A stretch of 63,948 bases of DNA, counting the filler, from Porpidia crustulata (lineage: Eukaryota), in assembly GCA_964255105.1 (NCBI GenBank). It is 3 parts of 3 records of this genome, joined end to end, with 100 filler letters (N's around TTAATTAATTAA, not from the genome) between each part and the next. Parts side by side here need not be neighbours in the genome. Positions count along the whole stretch, not along the records: positions 22,442 to 44,757 come from CAXUWE010000088.1; 2 more parts are not named here. One strand, written 5' to 3'. The notes under the pieces are model-generated. The model saw only the letters and a list, made by a program, of their open reading frames with translations, did no database searches and was not told the DNA's origin. Positions 25,192 to 37,350 of this stretch are shown one piece after another. Positions within the stretch are counted from its first letter, which is position 1. Each line of letters begins with the position of its first letter. The position numbers and the translations under genes were made by a program.

Positions 25192-28100
25192 TCACACGCT
25201 ACTCCTCGTCCTTGAGCGCAAAGAGTCTCCTTTCCCCAGTGATAGCTGCTTGGAATCAGACCTTGTTTTCCTAACCCAGCCGGGTCCGCTAGGCATTTCG
25301 TGACTCTCATCCTCCTCATCAATCCCAGGGGAGTAGACCGGGTCGCTTGAGATTGTCAAATCTACGATTTGGGATCCTAAAGGTATCTGTGAGAAGCGTA
25401 GTGCAAATTCACCATCGTCCTCATCTTTGAATGTTCGAAGTTCAGGAGTAGACTTGCTTTGTTTCCGAATATTGACCTTTGCGTCGGACTTTGATCTTCG
25501 CTGTCGCTTTTGATCCTCGTCTGCTGGCAATTCGATCTTGGAAGACGACTTTGCTGTGAGCGGAAGGTTGTCATCTTCGGGCATTAAGCTTTCAAATGAA
25601 GACCTCGTTGAAGCAAGCACGTTCTCGAGAGTCGGGAACTCATCGTCAGAACCTGCGCCATCGAAAGATAAAGTTGGTTCTGGTGAGGTCTCGCGTTGGG
25701 AAGTCCCACCAAAGCGGCCAGAGCTTCGCGAAGCTGGCTTTAGAGAGAGCTCGGGAGAAGACGCCTTTTCGGACAAAGGTTGATACATATCTTCTGCTGG
25801 CCCTACCCCTGATGGGGCGTTGTCCCACGTGACGTCTTGATCATCACTATGCCTATCAAGACTAGCATTCTCGTCGATCTTATCACTCATGAGGAGCTCT
25901 GACCAAGGACTTGCAGCAGCCACGGTCTCAGCCACAGTTTGAGGCAGTATACTCTCGTCTGTTTCTATCCCAGTTATGTCTGCCTGAGCTTCAACGTTCG
26001 AAAGTCCACGTCGATTGGGGGGTGGGCTAGAACTGAAACCGTTGAACCTTGGAGAAGAGATTTTGGTCGCATTGTCCTTATTATCAGAAGCTCCACTACT
26101 AAACTTCTCTGTTCCTGAAAGTTGCGTCCCTGCTTGAATTCCATGCTCGACAACGCCGGAACCAATGCTTGAGCGCCAACCAGCGTCTTCAATCAATTCT
26201 CGAATTTCCTTGCGAACTTCTCCGTTGACCTCTTTGGCTTCGGCGTTATGTTGTGGTCCACCGTACTTGATAGGATTAGATTCCTCAAGACTTGGGTACA
26301 ATCCTTCCTTTCCTTGTGCCACCACTATGTTCGCGCGATATTGTGGACCGGCATCCCAGTCCTGTAATTGCCGCGACTGACCTTCATCCTGCTCATGCTC
26401 CATAGATTGAACGAGCTTTGGAAGAATTAGATCTGCAAATGGCAGCTCAACAATGGTGTCCTCCTCATCGCCTTCGGCCTCTTCGTAGCCTGGCATTTCG
26501 AACTTACCGTAGACCCTTTCTCCGGTCTCGTCATTGTAGAGCTCTTCCTTCACAGGCTGGTCGCGCTTAGCTAGAGTCATACGTAGTGCACCGTCATCCG
26601 TTATTTGGTCAATGAGCGCCGTTTTGTAGCCTGACACTCTGGGCTGCCAGTTTGTCTCTGCGGACATGTCCAGTTGCTTGAATGCAATGATTGTGCCGGG
26701 AATACAACATCCCTGCTCCAAGTCGGAGCATAATGACATGTCCTCTGGTAGATATGGGAGATCTTTGAAATCCTCGGCTTCGATCGGAACAGTGGCAGAA
26801 ATGTCCTCTGACTCTCGCATGAGCTGATCGTTGACTGCTTCCTCGTCGATCTCATTATTCCGAACATCTTGCAATGGCTCATCTGGCTCATCGTCTAAAT
26901 AAGCCGGTGCCTCATACTGCGAGGCATCGTATTGAGCATCTTGATATTCGTAGTCTTCATGGTATTGCTTTGATTTCCGTTTACGCTTCTTGCTGTTGGT
27001 CTTTCCTCGCCCTCTTCCTCTATGTCCCAGCTGTTGCTGCGGATCCCACCTTTGGACGAAAGGGAAAGGTGGTGTGCTGAGTACGACGCCTTCATTACAG
27101 CATTCTACAGCCTCCAGAATGACATTTTCCTTCCAACTTTCATCTTCTCCAATGCTATCTGGTACAACTTTATTGGGGAAATGGATATTCTTACTAGCTT
27201 GAGTCTCCTTAGTGGGACGAACATCTCTCATAAGCTTCTCTCGCGTGCTGATCTCGTCATCTTTCGTCTTAGGTGTCCGAAGTCCTAAGGAGCCGAAGAC
27301 CAAGCGTCGTGAGCTAGCTAGGTCAAGCTTTGCTCGACGCTTTGGTGACCTTGGGGAATCAGACAATTGGGCCGGAACAGCAGCGTCTCTATTAGCGAGG
27401 ACGGCTATATCGATGGAACGTGTCGGTGTAGCTTGTTTCTCGAGTGGCATATCACTCGTACTCGGTTTTTGAGAATCTTCGATTTCAGTCTGAGCGTATG
27501 TCCCTGGAAAATCATTTGCAAATTTTTCAAATGCACGATATTCTATGTTTTCCTCAATAGGAGCAGGTGGCTCAGCCTCTCTTTTATCATCCCTACCAAC
27601 ATAAACGCCACCGGCATCAATAGACGCTAGTAGAGCCATTCGTTTGGCTTCGAACTTAGCTGTCGTGTCTATGATGTTCAGCGCTGGCTCTTGGACAACA
27701 TTCCCTAGTTTCACTGCTGTTGGTGCTGTAAGATTCCCACCCATCGCACGAAAATCTGCTAGCGTTGCGTTCGGAGGAAGTACGCCTTTCTCTACAAGAA
27801 AGGCTCTGCTCTTATTGTCTCTCCGCCGCTGGTTGCGCTTCTGAGTCGCGCTCTTTCCCTTAAAGGGCGGCACCCGTATTTGAACTTCGCCCTTGAGGCT
27901 TGCGATGTCTGTACTATCTCGAGCAATACTGTTTGGTAGTTTTTCCAGTCCTGATTCAGAGCTATCACTATCGCTGGAGCTGCTATTACAGGTGGTGCCA
28001 GAAGACGACGCGATAGACCTCCCTTTCAATGAGGACTGTAAATTCTCATCATCTGAATCGGAGTCACTAGATGAAGACGACCCAGACGAAGAAGTATCTT

Positions 28101-29458
28101 CAATACTAGATTCACTGCTGGTGGACATGGCTGAACTGGTATCGTCTTCAATACCCAGGCTCTGTATATGATCTACTATTAGCAAGTAGAAATGGATCAC
28201 ATACGTATGTTTAGATATAGAATCCTCGCGAAGATTTATTAATAACGTACCTCGTCTGAGTCGCTCTTCCCATCTCGTGGTTTGGCATTCTCCTTATCCG
28301 ATTCATCCATATCAACATTTAAAGTATTCTTGTTTTCAGCGCCTTCGTCATCAAATACTTGAATATCTCCCTCTAGCCGGACGGTGGGTGGGGTTATCAT
28401 ACGGGTGTCGTCGAGTCGGCCAGCGTTCATGCTATCAATCGAAGCCCGCCCGTTCGCGCATCTAGGATTTACAATTGGACTATTGAAATCATCCTTTATA
28501 TTCTGAGTCGTATCCCAGACCCGGTTCATCCGCTTTTGTTCCCGGGAACCGTCGCTAAGAGCCTCACGATTGTGCTCATCCTGCGCTAACAGGTCCAGCA
28601 ATGGATTGGCGTATTCCTCTGGATATGGTCGACCGTTTTCGTCAGTTAGCTCAAGTACGGCAGGACCTTCTAAGCCCAGTCCGGTTTTACGGCGTCCCTG
28701 GGATCTTGTACTCCTTCCTGACAGCTCCTTTGATCCATCCAGATACAGTGCCCTCTCGTCATCATCCATGTTCATGTCGTCATCAGCATGTAAATCTTCA
28801 TGTAAACCCGCCAATTCTTCCGCTAATCCCTCCTCCTCGATAGCTGAAAAATCTTCGTTATCTTTGCTTCCGCTATCCTTATCACTATCGTTGATGTGGT
28901 TGGAATCGGCCCGTATCACAACTTGGCGGTCGTTGGCTCCCAATTCAATGTCTTCACTTTCCTCCTCGTAAGAAATTTTCCTTCTCTTCCTGGGAGGAAT
29001 CCGGATAGCAGGCCTATCCGCTCGTCTCAAAAACGGCCGCCCAAAAGCTACCCCATCAATAAGATGCTTCCCGTCCACAGAGATCTGGTGTCTCCCGGAA
29101 ACTTTGCGAAACCGCAGATCGAGTGTCTGCAGAGGTCGTATACTTACCCACAATCAGCTTCATGGCCAGAAGAAACCCAACTGCCTAGGAGCCGAACTCA
29201 CCACACCTCATCATCCTCTCGCAATACCTGCTCTATTTCCGCGAAATGCAAACACTCAAAGCCCCTTACTTCTACCGCATAATCCTCTAGGCCCCAGTCC
29301 TCACATTCGAGGGGAATGACTTCGTTGACTTGCTCGAGAAATTGAGAGATGGTACAACTAGCACCGGCAGCAGCGTAGGGAGGGCGGAGAACCCCTGCTG
29401 TCCATAGGATTTGAGCGGGGGGGAGGGAATGCCGTTGAACAGTCAATTGGAGTCTCAT
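25192..29458 (-). CDS. Large nuclear protein with coilin-like architecture (candidate coilin/Mug174 homologue)
   Basis: Three exons (ORFs 29198-29533, 28239-29153, 25192-28200). N-terminus MRLQLTVQRHSLP...VLREDDEV; basic NLS; Ser/acidic tracts; RGRGRG; GTIIAFKQLDMS..NWQPRVSGYKTA. The gene itself is well supported; the product assignment is inference. Confidence 0.75.
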
Positions 29459-29832
29459 GTCTAGAATTAAAGCATTTTCATCACTTTGGAGACGCCAGAG
29501 GTAGATGAGTACGCGAAATCTAGGGACAAGCACGCGAATCAGATTAGATTATATGCTTTGATGCCTGGGGGAACCACTGTAAGGCTTAGCGAGGGCATTT
29601 ATGGGAGGGCACTTAGAGCAGGTGGGCAGGTGGGCAGGCTGGGTGGCTGGTAGGTATGCCCTGTAGACAGTCAAACATTAATCTACATGTGCCCAAAGGC
29701 GAGTCAATAATAAATTGAAGCCTACTAACGCAGGTTCGCAGAGCGCATACAGTTCTGAATGTACCTCTGTGAGCAATGGATTTTACGTGAAGTGCAGTAC
29801 ATAAGCGTTATACTGAATTGAGACCGGGGCGG

Positions 29833-31094
29833 CTACCCTAGCTTCGCCCCAGCAGGAACTCCGACCCTCCTCTTCCCCATTGCTCTGCCCATCGCATCTC
29901 TGACTTCTGGATCCGCTCTAATCGTATTATTTACGAGCCAGTCCTTCACCCTACCTCTCAGCTCCTTGACACCCGCTTCATCGTCAGCGAAAGGTGCAAT
30001 GTCAAATGCGAGTAGCCTGCTAGCTTCTATGTCGAGCGCCTTGGAAGTCTGCTCAAGTCGGTTCAACTGTTGCGTATCAAAAGTCGAAGAAGCGACTGTG
30101 ATGGCTTGTGGGGGGGCGAAGACAGGGCCGAGCTGGGAGAGAGCGATGAAGAGCGTGAGGGTTGCCTTGTGAGCAAGTGTGAGCATTTGAAAGGGAAGGA
30201 GCGGCGGATGAGAGGTTAAGGATAGTAGAGGGTTGATGAGCCTAGTAAGGAGTGGTGGAACGAAAGAACGAGTCAAGGTGTAGTATTCGAGAACGAAGAG
30301 GGCAGCGAAGATAAAATAGCGCCACTGCGGTAGTTTCTTGTTAGAATCTGAATCCATGTAGCGATCCAAGAGGTACATACGAATCGTCCCCATTGCAGAT
30401 AGCCTGTCACGCCCAAGATTATCATGACGATAATAGATCCACCATAAAGGGGAATAACGCCCTGAAGCCCAGCTAGCAGATAGTCTCGAGGCGTGGCGCA
30501 GTGCTGCCATTTGAGCATGTCCGGGCCAAAACGTTCATAGGCCCAGCGCTTGACCGGGTCGATGAGCGTATCGTGAGCAACTCTCAGCCTAACAAAATGC
30601 GCTTCCGCAGTAGCCGTATCATCTGCAGATTTATCGGGATGATGTATTGCAGCTCTGAGAAAATATCAATGATGTTTTTTAGCACACCGCATTTTCAGAC
30701 GATACTCACAGCCGGCGGAATCTTGATTTGATCGTCTTTTCTTCTGCGTCAATGGGTAATCCTAGTTCCTGATAGAAATCGCCAGCTTGGCGCAGCCAGT
30801 GGTCTGCCTCAAAGAAAGTGTATAGTAAGTACACAACTATCACCGCCGTATGTATGCGCCGCCTATGTGTGATATATCTCGGACTTCCTGGCTGGGGCTT
30901 CGGGTTGCCGGCGCGAACGGTAATGCCATAGTATATGGATTGAATCCAACCAGTCGCAAGCTATGATGAAGTTGTCTGTCAGTATCTCACTTTTTTGTGA
31001 GAGTGAAATATGAAAGGGCGCCATACTAAGGGTCTCTCACATTTGGCAGAAAAGTCCAGCCGATATAAGAAAAAATGTTGTTGGCTGCAGACAT
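29833..31094 (-). CDS. Membrane-associated DnaJ-domain co-chaperone
   Basis: Starts MSAANNIFSYIGWTFLPN|LATGWIQSIYY. J domain DFYQELGL...IKSRFRRL|AAIHHPDK...KRWAYERFGP. Several TM segments. Confidence 0.85.
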
Positions 31095-31378
31095 AGTTAG
31101 GTCAACCTTTCCAAGATCTGTTTCTTCGTGGGCCACATGACGCAGATTCCCAAGACATGATAGAGAAATGTTGAGAAGTGTCCCGAAGGGTATCGGAATG
31201 TCCTCGCGAAACCACTACGCGCTACCAGGCACCCGGCTCGCACGGGGCTAGATAGATGTCGGCACAATAGCTTAACGAACGCCGAGCCCTAAATCCGGCT
31301 ATCCATCATGAAATATATTTTTATTTCAAGCCGTTTTCAAAAGTCAGTCACTGAAACCTTCGCCTCAATTCTATTGCT

Positions 31379-32443
31379 ATGTCCCAGGATCTGGAAGTTG
31401 ATAGCCCAAGCAGGCTGCCTAGGTCAATATCGCACAGTAAGACGAGGGACAGAACTGTCGACAAGGGCGAGAAAAAACGCAAACGAAAACATCAAGATGA
31501 TCCTCAGGACCCCTCACCCACCCAAAAACACCGGCGGTCCAAGCCGTCTCCAGACACACCAGCGGCAGTTAAGACGCCGACAATACCATCGATACCCCGA
31601 GACTCGGCAGCTGGTACTGCTTTTCATTCACAGACCTCTTCACTCTACCTTCCACTCTCACCTATCTCTCAGTCTCACCCTCTCCAAGGCTTGTGCGCCG
31701 AATATCTGTCACCTCTCATCTTAACCTATTACCCTCCATTTCAAGGGGTTATACTCTCCTACTCCAATGTCCGGCTATCCTCCACGCCAATTACCACAAA
31801 TGAACGAGAAGAAGTACTAGCACGCTCGATCGACGAGTACGCCGCTGCATTCATCTGGGTCACTGCGGACTTCCTACTATTCAAGCCTGAAAGAGGAAAT
31901 ATATTGGAGGGATGGATAAATCTCCAGAATCAGGGGAATATAGGACTAGTCTGCCTGAACTTTTTCAACATTAGTATTGAGAGAAAAAGGCTGCCGAAGG
32001 AGTGGAGGTGGGTGAGCGGTAAACTGGGTAGGTCAAGGACGTCCGCCAAGGGGAAGCTAAACGACGGCGAATGGAACGATAGAGCTAAAGAGCGAGAGAC
32101 CCGAACAAATGGATCAAGTGACGTAGAAGGACGTTATGTTAACGCTTCGGGGAACCCGGTGGAGGAGCTTATCCGGTTTCGTGTCAAGGACATCGAGACC
32201 TCGAGAAGCGCAGATCGGGAGAACGGGTTCTTGAGCATAGCGGGAACTATGCTGAGCCAGGAAGACGAGCAGAAATTAATGAGGCAGGAAGCTATGATGT
32301 CCCGGAGTATAGAGGCCAGGCGATCTGGACAACCTCGGGAACCTGAGCATGCCAGCTTAGTAGCTTTTGTGAACGGGGCTGACGAAAAGGATGAGGACGG
32401 TCAGATAGCACGCAAGTCGAAGTCGAAGCACAAGCGTGCTTGA
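31379..32443 (+). CDS. RPA43: RNA polymerase I subunit RPA43
   Basis: SLYLPLSPI...LSPLILTYYPPFQGVILSYSNV...FIWVTADFLLFKP...LEGWINLQ...IGLVCLNFFNISIE..RLP.EW. Confidence 0.9.
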   Translation: MSQDLEVDSPSRLPRSISHSKTRDRTVDKGEKKRKRKHQDDPQDPSPTQKHRRSKPSPDTPAAVKTPTIPSIPRDSAAGTAFHSQTSSLYLPLSPISQSHPLQGLCAEYLSPLILTYYPPFQGVILSYSNVRLSSTPITTNEREEVLARSIDEYAAAFIWVTADFLLFKPERGNILEGWINLQNQGNIGLVCLNFFNISIERKRLPKEWRWVSGKLGRSRTSAKGKLNDGEWNDRAKERETRTNGSSDVEGRYVNASGNPVEELIRFRVKDIETSRSADRENGFLSIAGTMLSQEDEQKLMRQEAMMSRSIEARRSGQPREPEHASLVAFVNGADEKDEDGQIARKSKSKHKRA

Positions 32444-32872
32444 TATGGAAGCTTGATGATCTTAGGTATCGACGATTTGGCGCTGTCAACTGCGGCTTCC
32501 CAGTGTGGAGTGTATAGGTGGCAGTCAGGATTGTATTATATAATGGTGCTATGTAACGACGCCGAAGAGCTTAAAAACCCCAGATATCAAAGCAACACAT
32601 TGGCCAATACACTTTTGCATTTAGTCCTCTATTCTACTGCTGTTTGTCTTTCATGAGGATGAAAGGTAGACGTCACATCATAGACAAGTGAGAACGGCGC
32701 GAATGGTCTGTTGAAGGCAATCGTGACGGATGAATTTTACGGCTCCCTCACTCAACGGTCTGCGTATATAATTCATCTCTTTCTTGAGCAACTAGCGCCT
32801 CGTCATGTTCACAGAGAACGTGAATGTAGTGGTATTGACGCAATCAAAAGAGAAAATATGATGTATTTCAGC

Positions 32873-34273
32873 TCAGTAATCCCCATTTGTAATTCTGTGA
32901 TCAGCCGCCGATTGCTCAACCTCAAGGCTGGGCTTCAAAGCCTTTTGCGGCGAAGGATTCAGTACCTGATCTGCCGGAATCAGTTTTATCGCTGGGTTAA
33001 TTTTCAGACCAAAACCTGGTTCGTCCAGTGCAGCTATATCGAGGTAGCCTTTTGTGGGGATTGGCTCATTGATGAACAAGTTTCCGAATACTGGAAGGAC
33101 GGATTTCCCATCAGGGGAGTTCGCCAGATATTCCTGGAAAGGGGAATTGGACTGTGAGACCACGAAGTGGTAGCTATAGGGACCACTGGCATGGGGAATA
33201 ACAGGTATGTCGTATGCTGAGGCCATAGCGGAGATTCTGAGGAGCTCGGTCATGCCGCCAACCCACATCACATCGGGCTGGAGTACATCAATACACCGAC
33301 CTTCTATAAGTTTGCGAAAACCGTATCGTGAATATTCATGCTCGCCAGTCGTAAACTTTACACTCGGATGCGCACGTTTGATTTGCTCGAATCCATCGGA
33401 GTCGTCTGGAGAAAGGCATTCTTCCCACCAGTCGATCTCGAGGTCCTCGCAAGCCTTAACCAGCTGAATGGCATATGATACGGTCAAGCTCATGTAGCAG
33501 TCGACGCGTAAAGGAAAATCGGGCCCCACACTTTCACGATGTTTTCTTAAGAAAGCAATATTCTTCTTCAGACCGGCCGGCCCCTCGTCCGGACCGTGGG
33601 GAAGAGGCACCTTTGCTCCGATAAAGCCCATTCCTTTCGCAGCGGCCGGTTCCGGCCCAGTACAGTAGAAATTCAGTCGCTCTCGGGTTGTTCCGCCAAG
33701 GAGTCGATAGACTGGCTCGTTCCAAAGTTTGCCTTTGAGATCCCACAAAGCCAGATCGATCACAGATATCACAGCAACAGGAAGCCCCTTACGTCCATAA
33801 AACATGGATGCACGGTACATAAGCTCAAAGAGGCTGTTCGTATTCCGAGGATCTTGGCGTCAGTCTTAGTAGGTTCATGTGAGAATAGGTAGAGCGTGCG
33901 ATTAATCAGATACATACCTGCACCTATCAAGAATCTTTCGAAATGTTGCTTTACAAGCCAGCAAGCCGGAGACCCTCCAAAACCAGTCGCAAAACCCTTC
34001 GTTCCATCGGAAGCTTCGATTTCAACACAGAAGGAGCCCAGGACATTGATACCCCAGCTTGTCCGTGATGCTCGATATTGCTCCCAACCCGACATCGGGG
34101 TTGCAATTGAACTGTCTATGAGCCAATGACCCCCAGCAACCTACTGTTGATCAGCATGGATCGACGGCTTTGGAAGTTGAAGTACTAACATTGTGATAAT
34201 CACCGCCAGAACCTACACCTTCGATAAGGAACGTCCCGACACTCTTTATCTGCAACGACTGATTTGAAACCAT
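32873..34273 (-). CDS. lraC: L-rhamnonate dehydratase (enolase superfamily, RhmD/LRA3 type)
   Basis: GVGSGGDYHN..GGHWLID..IATPMS...SWGINVLG, ISVIDLALWDL, VDCYMS, WWEECLSPDD, TGEHEYSRYGF, QPDVMWVGG. This matches the RhmD/YfaW signature. Two introns. Confidence 0.9.
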
Positions 34274-34656
34274 AGCTGCCTTGTATTTATTTTGGTGAGA
34301 TGGAAATACTCTTTATACGCGGCCTGAAGTAGTGGAGAGTGTTTTCGATGACGCTGAACAGTGAGTGACTTTTAAGGAACCCTTGGTAGCAGCAGCACGC
34401 TGCCAGGTGGGCTTGGCCTCAGTAGTGGCTGCACCATCCTTTGCTTCGTTATATTGAGTCGGTGCATCGAATACCGACACCTACGTGTGATGAGAAAGAC
34501 CAAGTTTCGCATAACGCGTTCCGGTTTGGTACCTTTGGTTGCAAATTGATCGACACCAAGTGTCTCGAGGGTGGAGGTGCTCTCGGGTTGTGTTCTCGGA
34601 ACCTCGGTGGATATTCTCGCGACGTCAACTGCTCCCATCCGAACACTCAGAGAGAT

Positions 34657-37350
34657 ATGGAACGTCATGCCTTCCCGTCGGCTTCGAGCCACCAGCAGCA
34701 GCAGTCACCATACTCTGCGACGTTCTCCCAACCAGGACTTTCCGAATATGCGAAGCATGAAGACGCAACCGAGAATTGGAGTGAAGACTTCAGTGGCGGC
34801 GACCTTGGAGAGGGTGAACAAGATGCCGACGATCCAGCTAAATCTCGTAAGAGACGTCGGAGGCCTATGTCAGTCTCGTACGTAATTCAAAGTATACTGT
34901 GCGCGTGCATTGGTTACCAACGTCAACTTTGAACAGTTGCGAGCTTTGCAAGCAGAGGAAGGTTTGTCGCATTTATGGGCCATCAAAAGCTACGTCCGCT
35001 GAATGGAAACTAGGTCAAGTGCGACCGTGGTCAGCCGAGCTGCGGATGGTGCTCGAGAAATGGACAAACTTGCGAATACAAGGAGCGCAAGAAGCCAGGT
35101 CTAAGAGCTGGATATGGAAGAGAGCTAGAACAGAGGCTTGGTAAGAGTACCTACTGTGTCGGCAGAAGTTGCGAACAGCAGGCTAAAATCTTACGAGACC
35201 ATCTGGAAAACATCATACAATCGCAAGGGAGACTATTGCAAGAAACCATTCAAAGCAACAACAATCGGCTGCCAATGCCGCCTCATGGGCAGGATATCCT
35301 ATCTTTCCAACAACCATCGATGCAGCCACCACAACGCGTTTCACAGAACGAATCCTTGTTCTTGTCTAACTCTTCGACCTTTTCCGAGCCGCAGCAAGCC
35401 CAGCAGGCGGGCTTCACAGGATATATTCCTCCCACAAGGTCCTCGACGCCAAAAATGCAGGAGGCTCACTTTAGTGAGCAAAACATGGCAGATAGTAGAC
35501 TGCGTGGAACAAACAACAATTTACAGAACCAGTCACCCCATGACAGGCGGTCATATACTAATCCTCCTCTCGAATCACCTACTCTTAATATTCATGCCGA
35601 GCCCCAGTCCAACTTGACCTCTCAAGACCAGGATTTTCCTCCCTACGATCTGCTCTACGCTCTCACAGATCTATACTTTAGGCATGTCAACATATGGTGC
35701 CCAATCCTACATCGTCGGACAACCCTTGATACTTTGTTTGGAAGACCATCTACGCTTGATGAATCGGATCGCATCTTGCTGCACGCCATAGTCGCTACTA
35801 CGTTAAGGTTCTCCCCTGATGATCGATTGAAAGGGGAGAACCGCCAGCGGTATCACGATGCTTCGAAGCGAAGAGTTCTTCTTTACGGTCTTGAGAACTC
35901 GTCCGTGAAAGCGCTCCAAGCACTGCTTATACTAGCTCTAGACCTCGTTGGCTCATCGAATGGACCTCCAGGCTGGAATTTACTAGCTCTTATAACAAGA
36001 TCCGTGGTACAACTAGGCTTAGCAGTGGAAACCTCTTCGTCATCAGTCTCTTCCCAGTATCCTTCCATCTACACCCTTCGAGCTGTCATTCTTCCTGAAC
36101 CACAAACTTGGATTGAAGATGAAAGTCGACGGAGACTATTCTGGATGGTGTATCTCCTCGATAGATATGCAACAATAGCTACTGCATTTGAGTTTGCTCT
36201 CAATGACAAAGAAATAGATAGGAAGCTTCCTTGCCGAGGTGATCAGTTCTCCAGGAACCAGCCTGTCGAGACGAGGTGGTTTCGAAACTCGGAGCGAGCG
36301 GAATACTCGATTGACAAGCCTGAAAATCTTGGGTCTTTCTCTTACTACATAGAAGTGCTAGGGATATTGTCCCGTGTTCACCAGTTCTTGAAGCAACCAG
36401 TTGACATCAGTACAGCATCGGACGTCCAACGCTGGCAGTATACTTACCGCGAGCTGGACAATAGCTTGACTACTTGGAGTGCTAATTTGCCGGCTGAGTA
36501 TGGCAGTATGACCCGAATCTTCAGTACCAATGGAGGCAACAAGATCGTCAATTCGCTATGGGTGATGTTACATGCTTCTTTTCACACGTGAGTTAAGCAG
36601 CTCTCAGTGAGCTAAGGCGATGCATGCGCTTGGCTTACATGATCTAGCACCGTTATCCGCCTACATTCATCTGCAGCCTATCCTACGACGAGGTCGATAT
36701 ATTTCAACCCGTCTTTCACAGCGGGGCAAAGATGTCATAGTGCTGTGGAGAACATCATTGCACTAGGTCGCTATGTCGTTAATAATGGTATGCTTGACAA
36801 ATTAGGGCCACCATTCGCCTTTAATCTATGGGTTGCAGCGCGAGTGCTGTTAGTCCACGGATCTACAATAGAACATAAAGTCAACTCGGACATCTACTTC
36901 CTCGTCGATACGCTTCGAGAAATGGGCAAGTGGTGGCAGGTCGCTGACCGCTACTGTACAATTCTCAAGCGTGTCTTGGACGAATATCGAGAATCCGAAC
37001 GAGTGGTCGCTGCCAATGGGGAACGCGTCACCCCTTCCAGCGTAAAGATTCTAGCCGATATGCGCCGTTGTGCGTATGACTTGGATTTTCTCATATCAAG
37101 ACAGCCACGGCACAGCGCCTCCAAGGTTGTTTCAGCTACACCGTATCCACCGCCGAACGAATTGGAGTACCTCGAGGCCTTTGATTTCTTCAACGTCCCC
37201 AGGCTGCCAGCTCCACCGCACGCGCCCAGCAACGGTCCCCTCGACCCTAATCTCGAGGTAGCACCAACGGAGAGCCCTAGCAATTACTTCAACATTACCA
37301 ATTACACCATGGACGCCAATGCGGACTGGTTGTTCCAACACAATAGTTGA
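34657..37350 (+). CDS. rhaR: Zn(II)2Cys6 transcription factor, RhaR-type rhamnose regulator
   Basis: Spliced RRPMSVSCELCKQRKVKCDRGQPSCGWCSRNGQTCEY, and a fungal TF middle homology region (ESRRRLFWMVYLLDR). Head-to-head with lraC, as in known rhamnose clusters. Confidence 0.8.

Noticed and set aside
32873..34273. L-galactonate dehydratase (lgd1/gaaB)
   Set aside because: The N-terminal GGDYH..HW.D..IATPMS signature fits the RhmD/LRA3 family rather than the ENOSF1-like Lgd1 (DVRFPTS motif).
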